Positions 1 through 7,616 of a stretch of DNA of 64,000 nt are shown one piece after another. The DNA is from a virus. Taxonomy: Duplodnaviria > Heunggongvirae > Uroviricota > Caudoviricetes > Herelleviridae. Both the position numbers and the translations under genes were made by a program. The DNA lies in IMG/VR virus record IMGVR_UViG_2974580128_000001. The stretch is one strand, 5' to 3'. Position 1 is the first letter of the stretch. The number at the start of each line of letters is the position of its first letter. The notes below the pieces were generated by a model, which saw only the letters and a list, made by a program, of their open reading frames with translations, was not told where the DNA came from and searched no databases.

Positions 1-221
1 CTAATGTTTTAGTAACAGATGGTGACAAAGAGGTACTAAAATTTATTAAAAATATCGGTTTAATTAGAGCTGATAAATCTTTTGGGTTAGATGTGGCAAT
101 TGAAGCAGGAGAAAAAGTAACCCTTACAGATGGACGTTCTTCCACTATCTTGGAATGTATTTTCTATTACACAGGAGATACAAAAATTGATGAAATTGAA
201 CAATTCTTAGAACAAAACTAA
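1..221 (+). CDS. 3' end of a hypothetical protein (partial, runs off the window start)
   Basis: Frame 3 open from position 3 (NVLVTDGDKEVLKF...EQFLEQN) to TAA 219-221. Confidence 0.7.
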   Translation, partial: NVLVTDGDKEVLKFIKNIGLIRADKSFGLDVAIEAGEKVTLTDGRSSTILECIFYYTGDTKIDEIEQFLEQN

Positions 222-233
222 TATTTCCTGATT

Positions 234-298
234 AAAAAGAAGCTTTTTTTTACTTGTGCTATATTAACACTGCACAGGAAAAGAGAGCTTCTTTTTTT
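234..298 (+). terminator. Long hairpin/terminator with a promoter -10 in its loop
   Basis: AAAAAGAAGCT (234-244) pairs with AGCTTCTTTTT (286-296); inner CTTGTGC/GCACAGG; T-run follows. Confidence 0.65.
257..266 (+). promoter_or_regulatory. Putative late promoter TGCTATATTA (endolysin 1)
   Basis: Same decamer recurs before structural/lysis genes; resembles the TGTTATATTA late motif of Kayvirus. Confidence 0.7.
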
Positions 299-324
299 GT
301 GACTTTTTTATAGGAGGTTGCAAG

Positions 325-1581
325 ATGGCAGGAGAAGTATTTAGTAGTTTGATTACAAGTGTTAACCCTAATTTGATGAACGCAGGTAGTCGTAACGGTA
401 TTGCTATTGACCGAATTATTCTACATCACAACGCAACAACAAATAAAGATGTTGCTATGAACACATGGTTATTAGGTGGTAGCGCAGGTACATCTGCTCA
501 CTATGAATGTACACCAACAGAGATTATTGGATGTGTCGGTGAACAGTACTCAGCATTCCATGCCGGAGGAACTGGTGGCGCAGATATTCCTAAGATTTCT
601 AACCCTAACCAACGTTCAATCGGTATTGAAAATGTAAATTCAAGCGGTGCTCCTAACTGGTCAATAGACCCTCGTACAGTTACAAATTGTGCTCGATTAG
701 TGGCAGATATTTGTAAACGTTATGGGATTCCATGTGACCGACAACATGTCTTAGGACATAACGAAGTGACTGCAACAGCATGTCCCGGAGGAATGAACGT
801 AGACGAAGTAGTACGTCAAGCAAAACAGTTTATGGCAGGTGGAAACAGCAGTACAGCTACAGCCACTCGTCAAGCATTCTTCGATGTTGTGAACGTAAAC
901 TCTGGTGCATTTAATGTGCAAGGATGGTTCATCCCTAGCAAGTCTACAAAAGGACAATCTATTTGGTTGTACTTTATGGACAAGAAAACGAATAAAGAAA
1001 TTGCTCGTTTCCAAGGTAAACGTGTAGTTCGTGAAGACGTTAAGAAAGTATATCCATCTAACCCTAACGGAGCAGATGTTGGTTTTAACGTTGATGGTGC
1101 AACTCCACAAAGTCTTATGGGCAAAGACTATTACTTCTTGTTACGTTACAACAACGATAACAAAGAAGAACTTTTCGTAACAGATAAAGTCTTTAAAGCA
1201 CCTGCACTAGTTAACCGTGGTTGCCTAGACGTAATTAGAGGTGACAAAGGTCAGGTTACTTTACATGGATGGCATTTATCTTCCAAACGTAGAAACTCTG
1301 ACAAACACTTCTTGTTCATCATGGATAAGAAAACGAATAAAGAAATTGTGCGTTTTGACGTTACAAAATCTTCATTCAAAGCTTCCCCAGATATTCAAAA
1401 ATTGTATGACGGTACAATTGCACAACGAACTAATTGTAGATTTGCTTTTGCTCATGCACTGGATGCTAAATCCCCTGCACGTGGTAAAGACATCTATATT
1501 TTAAGTCGTTACTGCTCTGACCCTGCGGGGAACAACGGGATTTCCGACCAGTTACAACTTGGTGGAACTCACAAATTGTAA
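325..1581 (+). CDS. Endolysin: Amidase_2 N-acetylmuramoyl-L-alanine amidase with two C-terminal repeat domains
   Basis: IILHH, SAHY, SIGIE, GHNEV..TACPG amidase motifs; N-terminus closely like Lys170/phiEF24C ORF9 as recalled; RBS GGAGG. Confidence 0.93.
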   Translation: MAGEVFSSLITSVNPNLMNAGSRNGIAIDRIILHHNATTNKDVAMNTWLLGGSAGTSAHYECTPTEIIGCVGEQYSAFHAGGTGGADIPKISNPNQRSIGIENVNSSGAPNWSIDPRTVTNCARLVADICKRYGIPCDRQHVLGHNEVTATACPGGMNVDEVVRQAKQFMAGGNSSTATATRQAFFDVVNVNSGAFNVQGWFIPSKSTKGQSIWLYFMDKKTNKEIARFQGKRVVREDVKKVYPSNPNGADVGFNVDGATPQSLMGKDYYFLLRYNNDNKEELFVTDKVFKAPALVNRGCLDVIRGDKGQVTLHGWHLSSKRRNSDKHFLFIMDKKTNKEIVRFDVTKSSFKASPDIQKLYDGTIAQRTNCRFAFAHALDAKSPARGKDIYILSRYCSDPAGNNGISDQLQLGGTHKL

Positions 1582-1590
1582 CATTATATT

Positions 1591-1618
1591 GACCTACCTT
1601 CTGGTGGGTCTTTTTTAT
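1591..1618 (+). terminator. Intrinsic terminator
   Basis: GACCTACC-TTCT-GGTGGGTC followed by TTTTTT. Confidence 0.85.
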
Positions 1619-1631
1619 TACTGTAATATAA

Positions 1632-1648
1632 TGTAAAGGAACTGTAAT
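1632..1648 (+). promoter_or_regulatory. WalR/VicR-type direct-repeat box
   Basis: TGTAAA-GGAAC-TGTAAT matches TGTWAH-N5-TGTWAH; more TGTAAH hexamers at 1577, 1622, 1665. Confidence 0.6.
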
Positions 1649-1677
1649 ACTATAGGACTAACTTTGTAACACTAATT

Positions 1678-1687
1678 TGCTATATTA
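1678..1687 (+). promoter_or_regulatory. Putative promoter TGCTATATTA (LysM gene)
   Basis: Recurrent decamer about 50 nt upstream of the start. Confidence 0.7.
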
Positions 1688-1738
1688 GTTCCTGTAAGCA
1701 ACACATAAAACTAAAACAACCCAAAGGAGAACGACAAC

Positions 1739-2347
1739 TTGAAGAAAACGACAATTGCAACATTAGGACTTTTAGGACTAGGACTATCATTAGGATTGGG
1801 AGCTAAAGCTCACGCAGACGAAATCCAAGAAAATGGACAAACTTACTGGCAAGTAGAATCCGGGGATACATTATCAACTATTGGTAATCGTTACGGAATT
1901 GATTTTAACTTAATTCACCAAGCAAACTCAGACAAAGTTTCAGATGCTAACTTGATTTATGTTGGGGACAAACTATTATTACCATTAAACGGTGAAGTTC
2001 AAGCTCCTGTAGCTCAACCAGTGCAAGAAGCACCAGTTGTAGAACAAGCGCCTGTAGTAGAAGAAACACCTGTAGTTGAACAGGCACCAGTTGTTCAAGA
2101 ACCAGTAGAACAAGCTCCTGCCGTTACATCTAACTCAGCAAAAGAATGGATTGCACAAAAAGAATCTAGCGGTTCTTACTCAGCAACTAACGGACGTTAC
2201 ATTGGACGTTACCAATTAGATGCTTCATACTTAAACGGTGACTACTCACCAGAAAACCAAGAACGTGTAGCAGATGCTTATGTTGCAGGACGTTATGGTT
2301 CATGGGAAAATGCACAAGCTTTCTGGTTAGCTAACGGTTGGTACTAA
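1739..2347 (+). CDS. Secreted LysM protein with Apf/spr0096-like lysozyme-fold C-terminal domain
   Basis: Signal peptide ending AHA; LysM (VESGDTLSTI...ANLIYVGDKL); PVVEQA linker; C-terminus IAQKESSGSY..GRYQL...WLANGWY; RBS AAAGGAGA, TTG start. Confidence 0.9.
   Translation: MKKTTIATLGLLGLGLSLGLGAKAHADEIQENGQTYWQVESGDTLSTIGNRYGIDFNLIHQANSDKVSDANLIYVGDKLLLPLNGEVQAPVAQPVQEAPVVEQAPVVEETPVVEQAPVVQEPVEQAPAVTSNSAKEWIAQKESSGSYSATNGRYIGRYQLDASYLNGDYSPENQERVADAYVAGRYGSWENAQAFWLANGWY
2003..2119 (+). repeat. Degenerate ~18-bp coding tandem repeat (PVVEQA/PVVEET linker)
   Basis: CCAGTTGTAGAACAAGCG, CCTGTAGTAGAAGAAACA, CCTGTAGTTGAACAGGCA, etc. Confidence 0.85.
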
Positions 2348-2368
2348 AATAATAAATACTAACAGATT

Positions 2369-2402
2369 AAAAAAAGACTCTCTTTTTAGGGGGTCTTTTT
2401 CT
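2369..2402 (+). terminator. Intrinsic terminator
   Basis: AAAAAGACTCT...GGGGGTCTTTTT hairpin with T-run. Confidence 0.75.
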
Positions 2403-2404
2403 TA

Positions 2405-2414
2405 TGCTATATTA
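2405..2414 (+). promoter_or_regulatory. Putative late promoter TGCTATATTA (lysin 2)
   Basis: Recurrent decamer right after the terminator. Confidence 0.7.
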
Positions 2415-2450
2415 TAACTGTAACTTAAAAACAAACAGGAAGTGATAGCT

Positions 2451-3395
2451 ATGAGTAACATTAACATGGAAACCGCAATTGCGAACATGTACGCTCTAAA
2501 AGCACGAGGTATTACTTACTCAATGAACTACTCCCGAACAGGTGCAGATGGCACAGGGGATTGCTCTGGTACTGTCTATGATTCTTTACGTAAGGCAGGG
2601 GCTAGTGATGCAGGTTGGGTACTTAACACAGATAGTATGCACAGTTGGCTAGAAAAAAATGGTTTTAAACTGATTGCACAAAATAAGGAATGGTCAGCTA
2701 AACGTGGAGACGTTGTTATCTTTGGTAAAAAAGGTGCAAGTGGTGGTTCCGCAGGTCACGTGGTTATCTTCATTAGTAGTACACAGATTATTCACTGTAC
2801 ATGGAAATCAGCAACGGCTAACGGTGTTTACGTAGATAACGAAGCAACTACTTGTCCATATAGCATGGGTTGGTATGTGTATCGTTTAAACGGTGGAAGC
2901 ACTCCTCCAAAACCAAACACTAAGAAAGTAAAAGTACTTAAACACGCTACCAACTGGTCTCCATCAAGTAAAGGTGCAAAAATGGCAAGTTTTGTCAAAG
3001 GCGGTACATTTGAAGTTAAACAACAACGACCAATTTCTTATTCTTACTCTAATCAAGAATACTTGATTGTAAATAAAGGAACAGTACTTGGATGGGTTCT
3101 TTCCCAAGACATTGAAGGTGGATATGGTTCAGATAGAGTTGGGGGAAGCAAACCTAAACTACCTGCCGGATTTACGAAGGAAGAAGCTACGTTTATTAAT
3201 GGTAATGCTCCTATTACTACTCGTAAGAATAAACCAAGCTTATCTTCTCAAACAGCTACACCATTGTATCCGGGACAATCTGTAAGATACCTTGGTTGGA
3301 AATCTGCTGAGGGATACATCTGGATTTATGCAACAGATGGACGTTACATCCCTGTACGACCTGTAGGTAAGGAAGCATGGGGTACATTTAAGTAA
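2451..3395 (+). CDS. plyV12: PlyV12-like endolysin (Amidase_5/NlpC-P60-type catalytic domain plus SH3-type binding domains), 314 aa
   Basis: MSNINMETAIANMYALKARG..DCSG..GHV; ends EAWGTFK; length and sequence match PlyV12 as recalled; ATG 2451 preferred over GTG 2442 from RBS spacing. Confidence 0.9.
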   Translation: MSNINMETAIANMYALKARGITYSMNYSRTGADGTGDCSGTVYDSLRKAGASDAGWVLNTDSMHSWLEKNGFKLIAQNKEWSAKRGDVVIFGKKGASGGSAGHVVIFISSTQIIHCTWKSATANGVYVDNEATTCPYSMGWYVYRLNGGSTPPKPNTKKVKVLKHATNWSPSSKGAKMASFVKGGTFEVKQQRPISYSYSNQEYLIVNKGTVLGWVLSQDIEGGYGSDRVGGSKPKLPAGFTKEEATFINGNAPITTRKNKPSLSSQTATPLYPGQSVRYLGWKSAEGYIWIYATDGRYIPVRPVGKEAWGTFK

Positions 3396-3403
3396 CATGA
3401 CTT

Positions 3404-3429
3404 AAGAGGGCTAAATAGCCCTCTTTTTT
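3404..3429 (+). terminator. Intrinsic terminator
   Basis: AAGAGGGCT-AAAT-AGCCCTCTT-TTTT. Confidence 0.9.
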
Positions 3430-3430
3430 G

Positions 3431-3440
3431 TGCTATATTA
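3431..3440 (+). promoter_or_regulatory. Putative late promoter TGCTATATTA (portal operon); second extended -10 TGGTATACT at 3482-3490
   Basis: Recurrent decamer. Confidence 0.7.
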
Positions 3441-3524
3441 AATTAGTAGACAGTGATGAAAAATTGTTACAGGGCTACCTGTGGTATACTTAAACTAGTA
3501 CAAATGCTTGGGAGGTAAGAATAC

Positions 3525-3869
3525 GTGGCATACTTACAGGACGATACATGGCAAGCAGTAAAACAGTTAGCTAAACAAAACGGTTTTGTAGGAGACTGGA
3601 TTCTAATTATTCACCTCTACTATGAAAACGGTGGAAACAATGTACAAGTTCATACTGCTATAGACAATAAAAATTACCGCATACTACGAATCTTAGATAA
3701 CAAACAGGTTTTATTAGTTGATAGAGAAGGGAACGTTGCTGTAGAGGACTATGAAGTAGTCAATGACAGTCAGAAAGGTTTCTTTTATAGTGATATGCAC
3801 AAAGTCGAACTAACACTTCCGGAAGGTTGTAGCTTCAACGGTAAACAAAGAATAAAAATTTATATATGA
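3525..3869 (+). CDS. Conserved hypothetical protein preceding the portal
   Basis: GGAGG RBS, GTG start; syntenic position in Herelleviridae. Confidence 0.8.
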   Translation: MAYLQDDTWQAVKQLAKQNGFVGDWILIIHLYYENGGNNVQVHTAIDNKNYRILRILDNKQVLLVDREGNVAVEDYEVVNDSQKGFFYSDMHKVELTLPEGCSFNGKQRIKIYI

Positions 3870-3885
3870 GGTAGGTGTAATCAAG

Positions 3886-5574
3886 TTGCCAAAATGGTTA
3901 GATAAAGTGTTGGGTGTAGAAGAAGATACTGACATCGTTAAAAGCGAAGAAGTCTACCAAACCTTGCTTAAAGAAATTCAAGCACAGCCGTTAACAGAAA
4001 CGGTAGAGAAAGGTATGAATGGTAAACCAGTAGCATACATGCAACCTATAATTGGTGACATGTCAGTAAACCCCGGATTTAAGACAAAACCTTCTATTAG
4101 AAATTCTCAGGATTTACACAAAATGTTGAAGAAGTTTGGTAATAATATCATTCTTAATTCAATTATTAATACACGGTCAAATCAGGTATCTATGTATTGT
4201 AAACCTGCAAGAAACTCTGAGACAGGTGTAGGTTACGAGGTTCGGCTGAAAGATATTGAACAAGAGCCATCCACACATGACATTGCAAATATTAAAAGAA
4301 TTGAAAGCTTTTTAGAAAATACCGCAGTATTCAAAGACCAAAATAGGGATAATTTTACTGCTTTTTGTAAGAAGATGGTACGTGCAACTTATATGTATGA
4401 CCAAGTTAACTTTGAGAAGGTATTCGATAAAGATGGTAATTTTATCAAATTTGATACCGTAGACCCCACAACAATCTTCTTAGCTACTAACGGTAAAGGA
4501 AAGATTATTGAAAAGGGAGAACGATTTGTACAAGTACTAGACAATCGAATCGTAGCTAAGTTTAACGAACGTGAAATGGCTTTTGCTGTTCGTAACCCAC
4601 GTGCTGATATTGAAGTAGGTCAGTACGGTTATCCAGAACTAGAGATTGCCTTGAAGCAGTTTATTGCACATGAAAACACCGAGACGTTTAATGACCGATT
4701 CTTCTCTCACGGAGGAACAACACGTGGTATCTTACATGTTAAAGCAGGACAACAACAAAGTCAGCAAGCATTAGATATTTTCCGTAGAGAATGGAGAAGT
4801 TCTTTATCAGGTATTAATGGTTCATGGCAAATCCCAGTAGTATCCGCAGAAGACGTTAAGTTCGTTAACATGACACCATCTGCTAATGATATGCAGTTTG
4901 AAAAATGGTTGAACTATTTAATCAATGTAATTTCTGCGTTGTATGGGATTGACCCTGCTGAAATTAACTTCCCGAATAATGGAGGAGCAACTGGTTCTAA
5001 AGGTGGTTCTTTAAACGAAGGTAACTCAAAAGAGAAAATGCAAGCTTCCCAAAATAAAGGGTTACAACCATTATTACGCTTTATTGAAGACACTGTAAAT
5101 ACTTTCATTATTGCTGAGTTTGGAGACAAGTATCAATTCCAATTTAGAGGTGGAGACCTAAGTGCTCAATTAGACAAGATTAAGATTCTTGAAGCAGAAG
5201 TTAAAGTGTTTAAAACAGTTAATGAAGCACGTGCTGAAAAAGGGTTGGAACCAATTAAAGGTGGAGACGTAATCTTAGACGGTGTTCTAATTCAATCCAT
5301 CGGTCAGTTAATGCAACAAGAACAATTTAACTATCAAAAACAACAGGATAAGCTTAATAGGCTCTTAGAGCTTTCTGGTGGCGAAGCAGATGATTCTAAT
5401 GGAATTAGCTTCCAAGACAAACAACAGGGCTTAGATGGCACCTCAGCTAGCGTAAATGGCAAAGGAGAGTCATCTGTTGGTAAAGATGGACAAATTAAAG
5501 GTAAGGGCATAACTAACACCAATTCTGCTAAACAAGGTATGAAAGGTGACAAACCTAACGACTGGCAAAAATAA
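3886..5574 (+). CDS. Portal protein
   Basis: YGYPELE, FFSHGGTTRGIL, SAEDVKFVNM, DPAEINFP motifs of Twort-like portals; synteny. Confidence 0.93.
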   Translation: MPKWLDKVLGVEEDTDIVKSEEVYQTLLKEIQAQPLTETVEKGMNGKPVAYMQPIIGDMSVNPGFKTKPSIRNSQDLHKMLKKFGNNIILNSIINTRSNQVSMYCKPARNSETGVGYEVRLKDIEQEPSTHDIANIKRIESFLENTAVFKDQNRDNFTAFCKKMVRATYMYDQVNFEKVFDKDGNFIKFDTVDPTTIFLATNGKGKIIEKGERFVQVLDNRIVAKFNEREMAFAVRNPRADIEVGQYGYPELEIALKQFIAHENTETFNDRFFSHGGTTRGILHVKAGQQQSQQALDIFRREWRSSLSGINGSWQIPVVSAEDVKFVNMTPSANDMQFEKWLNYLINVISALYGIDPAEINFPNNGGATGSKGGSLNEGNSKEKMQASQNKGLQPLLRFIEDTVNTFIIAEFGDKYQFQFRGGDLSAQLDKIKILEAEVKVFKTVNEARAEKGLEPIKGGDVILDGVLIQSIGQLMQQEQFNYQKQQDKLNRLLELSGGEADDSNGISFQDKQQGLDGTSASVNGKGESSVGKDGQIKGKGITNTNSAKQGMKGDKPNDWQK

Positions 5575-5600
5575 ATAGAGGGTGTTACCCCCTCTATTTA
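5574..5600 (+). terminator. Hairpin/terminator after the portal
   Basis: AAATAGAGGG-TGTTAC-CCCTCTATTT. Confidence 0.75.
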
Positions 5601-5628
5601 CAATTGTCCAACTGTTTAGTGGTAGTTC

Positions 5629-5638
5629 TGCTATATTA
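5629..5638 (+). promoter_or_regulatory. Putative late promoter TGCTATATTA (protease-scaffold)
   Basis: Recurrent decamer. Confidence 0.7.
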
Positions 5639-5674
5639 AAAACAGATGTAAGTTTAGGTGGTGAATGAACAAAG

Positions 5675-6463
5675 ATGCAAGAGAAGTATAATATTTTCGT
5701 TCCCATTGACGTAGCAGGTTCCGTAGAGAAATCTGAACAGGCAAACGATGGTGAATGGTACGTACAGGGTTATGCTACAACGCCTGACCTTGACTTGCAA
5801 GGAGACATTATTTTACCACAGGGAATTGACATTTCTTACTTTGTTACTAAAGGGTGGGTAAACTACGAACATAAACAAGATGCAGAATACATTATTGGTG
5901 TACCAACTGACAACTGTTATGTAGACCTTAATAAAGGTTTGTTCGTGGAAGCTAAACTTATGAAAGAAAGCAAGTATGCTCAATCAATGTGGCAGTTAGC
6001 TAATACCATTCAAAAATCAGGAATCTCACGTCAGTTAGGTTTCTCAATTGAAGGGGCAGTTACAAGTCGAAATGCAAGAGACAATCGTATTATTGAGGGT
6101 GTAGCTATCAGAAACGTAGCATTAACTACACATCCTGCTAACCCACAAGCTACGTGGGAAACACTTGTTAAGTCTTGGACAACAGGGTATGGAATTACTC
6201 CTGAGACACAGACAGATGCAGGAGCATTACGTAGAGAGATGTTTAAAGAAGACATCACAAATCTAACATATGCAGTGAAGACAGTAGCTAAGTTGTATGG
6301 TAAAAAACCCGAAGATAAAGAGTTTATATTACGTGAAGTTGCTAAGAGTTTTGACCAAGAAACCTCTGAACCAGAGTTAAGTGCATTTATGTTACAATTA
6401 ACTAGAGGGGTTTCCTTACAGGAAGCTAACAACTTCATTGAAAGTAGAAAGGAGCTAAAATAG
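5675..6463 (+). CDS. Prohead protease
   Basis: GYATTPDLDLQGD, NYEH, LGFSIEG, VALT..PANP motifs (HK97/S78-like). Confidence 0.92.
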   Translation: MQEKYNIFVPIDVAGSVEKSEQANDGEWYVQGYATTPDLDLQGDIILPQGIDISYFVTKGWVNYEHKQDAEYIIGVPTDNCYVDLNKGLFVEAKLMKESKYAQSMWQLANTIQKSGISRQLGFSIEGAVTSRNARDNRIIEGVAIRNVALTTHPANPQATWETLVKSWTTGYGITPETQTDAGALRREMFKEDITNLTYAVKTVAKLYGKKPEDKEFILREVAKSFDQETSEPELSAFMLQLTRGVSLQEANNFIESRKELK

Positions 6464-7473
6464 TGTCTAAAACAATTAATGACATTATCGAAGATTTCGA
6501 TTCAAAAGTGAATGTACAGGAAGTATCTAAATCTATTGAAGATGAAAATGTAGAGCCTGTACAGGAAGAACAAATTGAAACACCAGAAGCTGTTGAAGAA
6601 GGTGTAGAAAATGACAAGCCGGAAGAACAGCCTGTTGAAGCTGAGGAAGTTAAAGAGGATGTTGAACCAGAATCCGAACCTACTGAATCAGATGAAAAAC
6701 CAGAAACAGAATCCGAAGTCGCAGAAGAAGCTACTGAACCAGAAGTGGAAAAAGTAGAAAAATCTGATAAAGAATCCGATAAAGAAGATGAGGAAAAAAA
6801 ATCTTCTGATGACGAGGACGACAAAGCGGATAAAAAGGATAAGAAAGATAAAAAAGCTGACAAAGAAGATAAAGATGAAAAAGATGAAGACAAAGAAGAT
6901 GTTAAAAAATCTGATGAGTCCGAAGACGTAGAAAACGTTGAAAAATCTGTTATTTCTTCCCAAGATATTGTCGGTGGATTCGAAGCTGTATTCAAAAATA
7001 TGGCAAACCTTTTTGAAACTCAAAAATCTTTAACTGATACTATTACAGAATTAAAATCTGAAATCGTAAGCTTACGTGAAGCTCACACACAAGCTATCAC
7101 AATGAATACAGAAGATGTTAACAAATCTATTCTTGTAGATAAAGTTGATGGAGTATCAGTAGAAGGTAAAGCAGTAGGATTTGTTTCTAAATCTGTAGAT
7201 GTAGAAGCAGATGTGACTTCTGAACAAGAAGATGTTGTTGAAGTAGTAGTAGAAGGTGCCGAACAAGAAGAAGCTCCGGCTAAATCTGATGAAGAACAAT
7301 TGTTTGACAGTGTTCGTGGAATCCGTGATGACTTAATGAGCACGTATACTCGTGTTGCAAGTAACGGACAAGCCCCTCGTGGTGAGTTAGAAGAAATTCG
7401 TCAATTATGGGGACGTATTAAATCCCAAGACGAACTAGCTCGTGCACAAGCATTCATTGATAAATACAAATAA
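6463..7473 (+). CDS. Highly acidic putative scaffolding protein
   Basis: E/D/K-rich low complexity; between protease and capsid; many xxKS sites; TAGTG stop-start overlap. Confidence 0.75.
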   Translation: MSKTINDIIEDFDSKVNVQEVSKSIEDENVEPVQEEQIETPEAVEEGVENDKPEEQPVEAEEVKEDVEPESEPTESDEKPETESEVAEEATEPEVEKVEKSDKESDKEDEEKKSSDDEDDKADKKDKKDKKADKEDKDEKDEDKEDVKKSDESEDVENVEKSVISSQDIVGGFEAVFKNMANLFETQKSLTDTITELKSEIVSLREAHTQAITMNTEDVNKSILVDKVDGVSVEGKAVGFVSKSVDVEADVTSEQEDVVEVVVEGAEQEEAPAKSDEEQLFDSVRGIRDDLMSTYTRVASNGQAPRGELEEIRQLWGRIKSQDELARAQAFIDKYK

Positions 7474-7506
7474 ATTTACTAAAAGGTAAATTTTTTTAAG
7501 GTGTAC

Positions 7507-7516
7507 TGCTATATTA
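7507..7516 (+). promoter_or_regulatory. Putative late promoter TGCTATATTA (capsid)
   Basis: Recurrent decamer. Confidence 0.75.
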
Positions 7517-7532
7517 TAGTCAGAACCAATGA

Positions 7533-7576
7533 GAGACCTGACATTTCCCCCCTGAACCTCCACAGGGTCAGGTCTC
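7533..7576 (+). promoter_or_regulatory. Structured 5' leader of the capsid mRNA
   Basis: GAGACCTGAC (7533-42) pairs with GTCAGGTCTC (7567-76); inner CCCTG/CAGGG. Confidence 0.65.
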
Positions 7577-7616
7577 ATCTTTGAGAGGAATAAAAATGAA
7601 AGGTGATTTATATATA

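Noticed and set aside
830-900. Lys170-style internal translation start for the binding domain
   Set aside because: No in-frame start with a properly spaced SD near the linker
3454-3490. Possible third WalR box (TGATGA-N5-TGTTAC) and RBS hairpin before ORF 3525
   Set aside because: First hexamer has two mismatches and the anti-SD pairing is only 5 bp
1-3524. Holin next to the lysins
   Set aside because: No small multi-TM ORF with an RBS here; probably elsewhere in the genome
6836-6850. Complementarity between the candidate sRNA CU tract and the scaffold GATAAGAAAGAT tract
   Set aside because: About 12 nt of low-complexity purine sequence; expected by chance
6031-7343. Long minus-strand ORFs (6031-6438, 6435-6995, 6688-7023, 7083-7343) and other antisense or alternate-frame ORFs in the track
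   Set aside because: Shadows of biased plus-strand coding; no RBS or promoter, and Ser/Phe-rich low complexity
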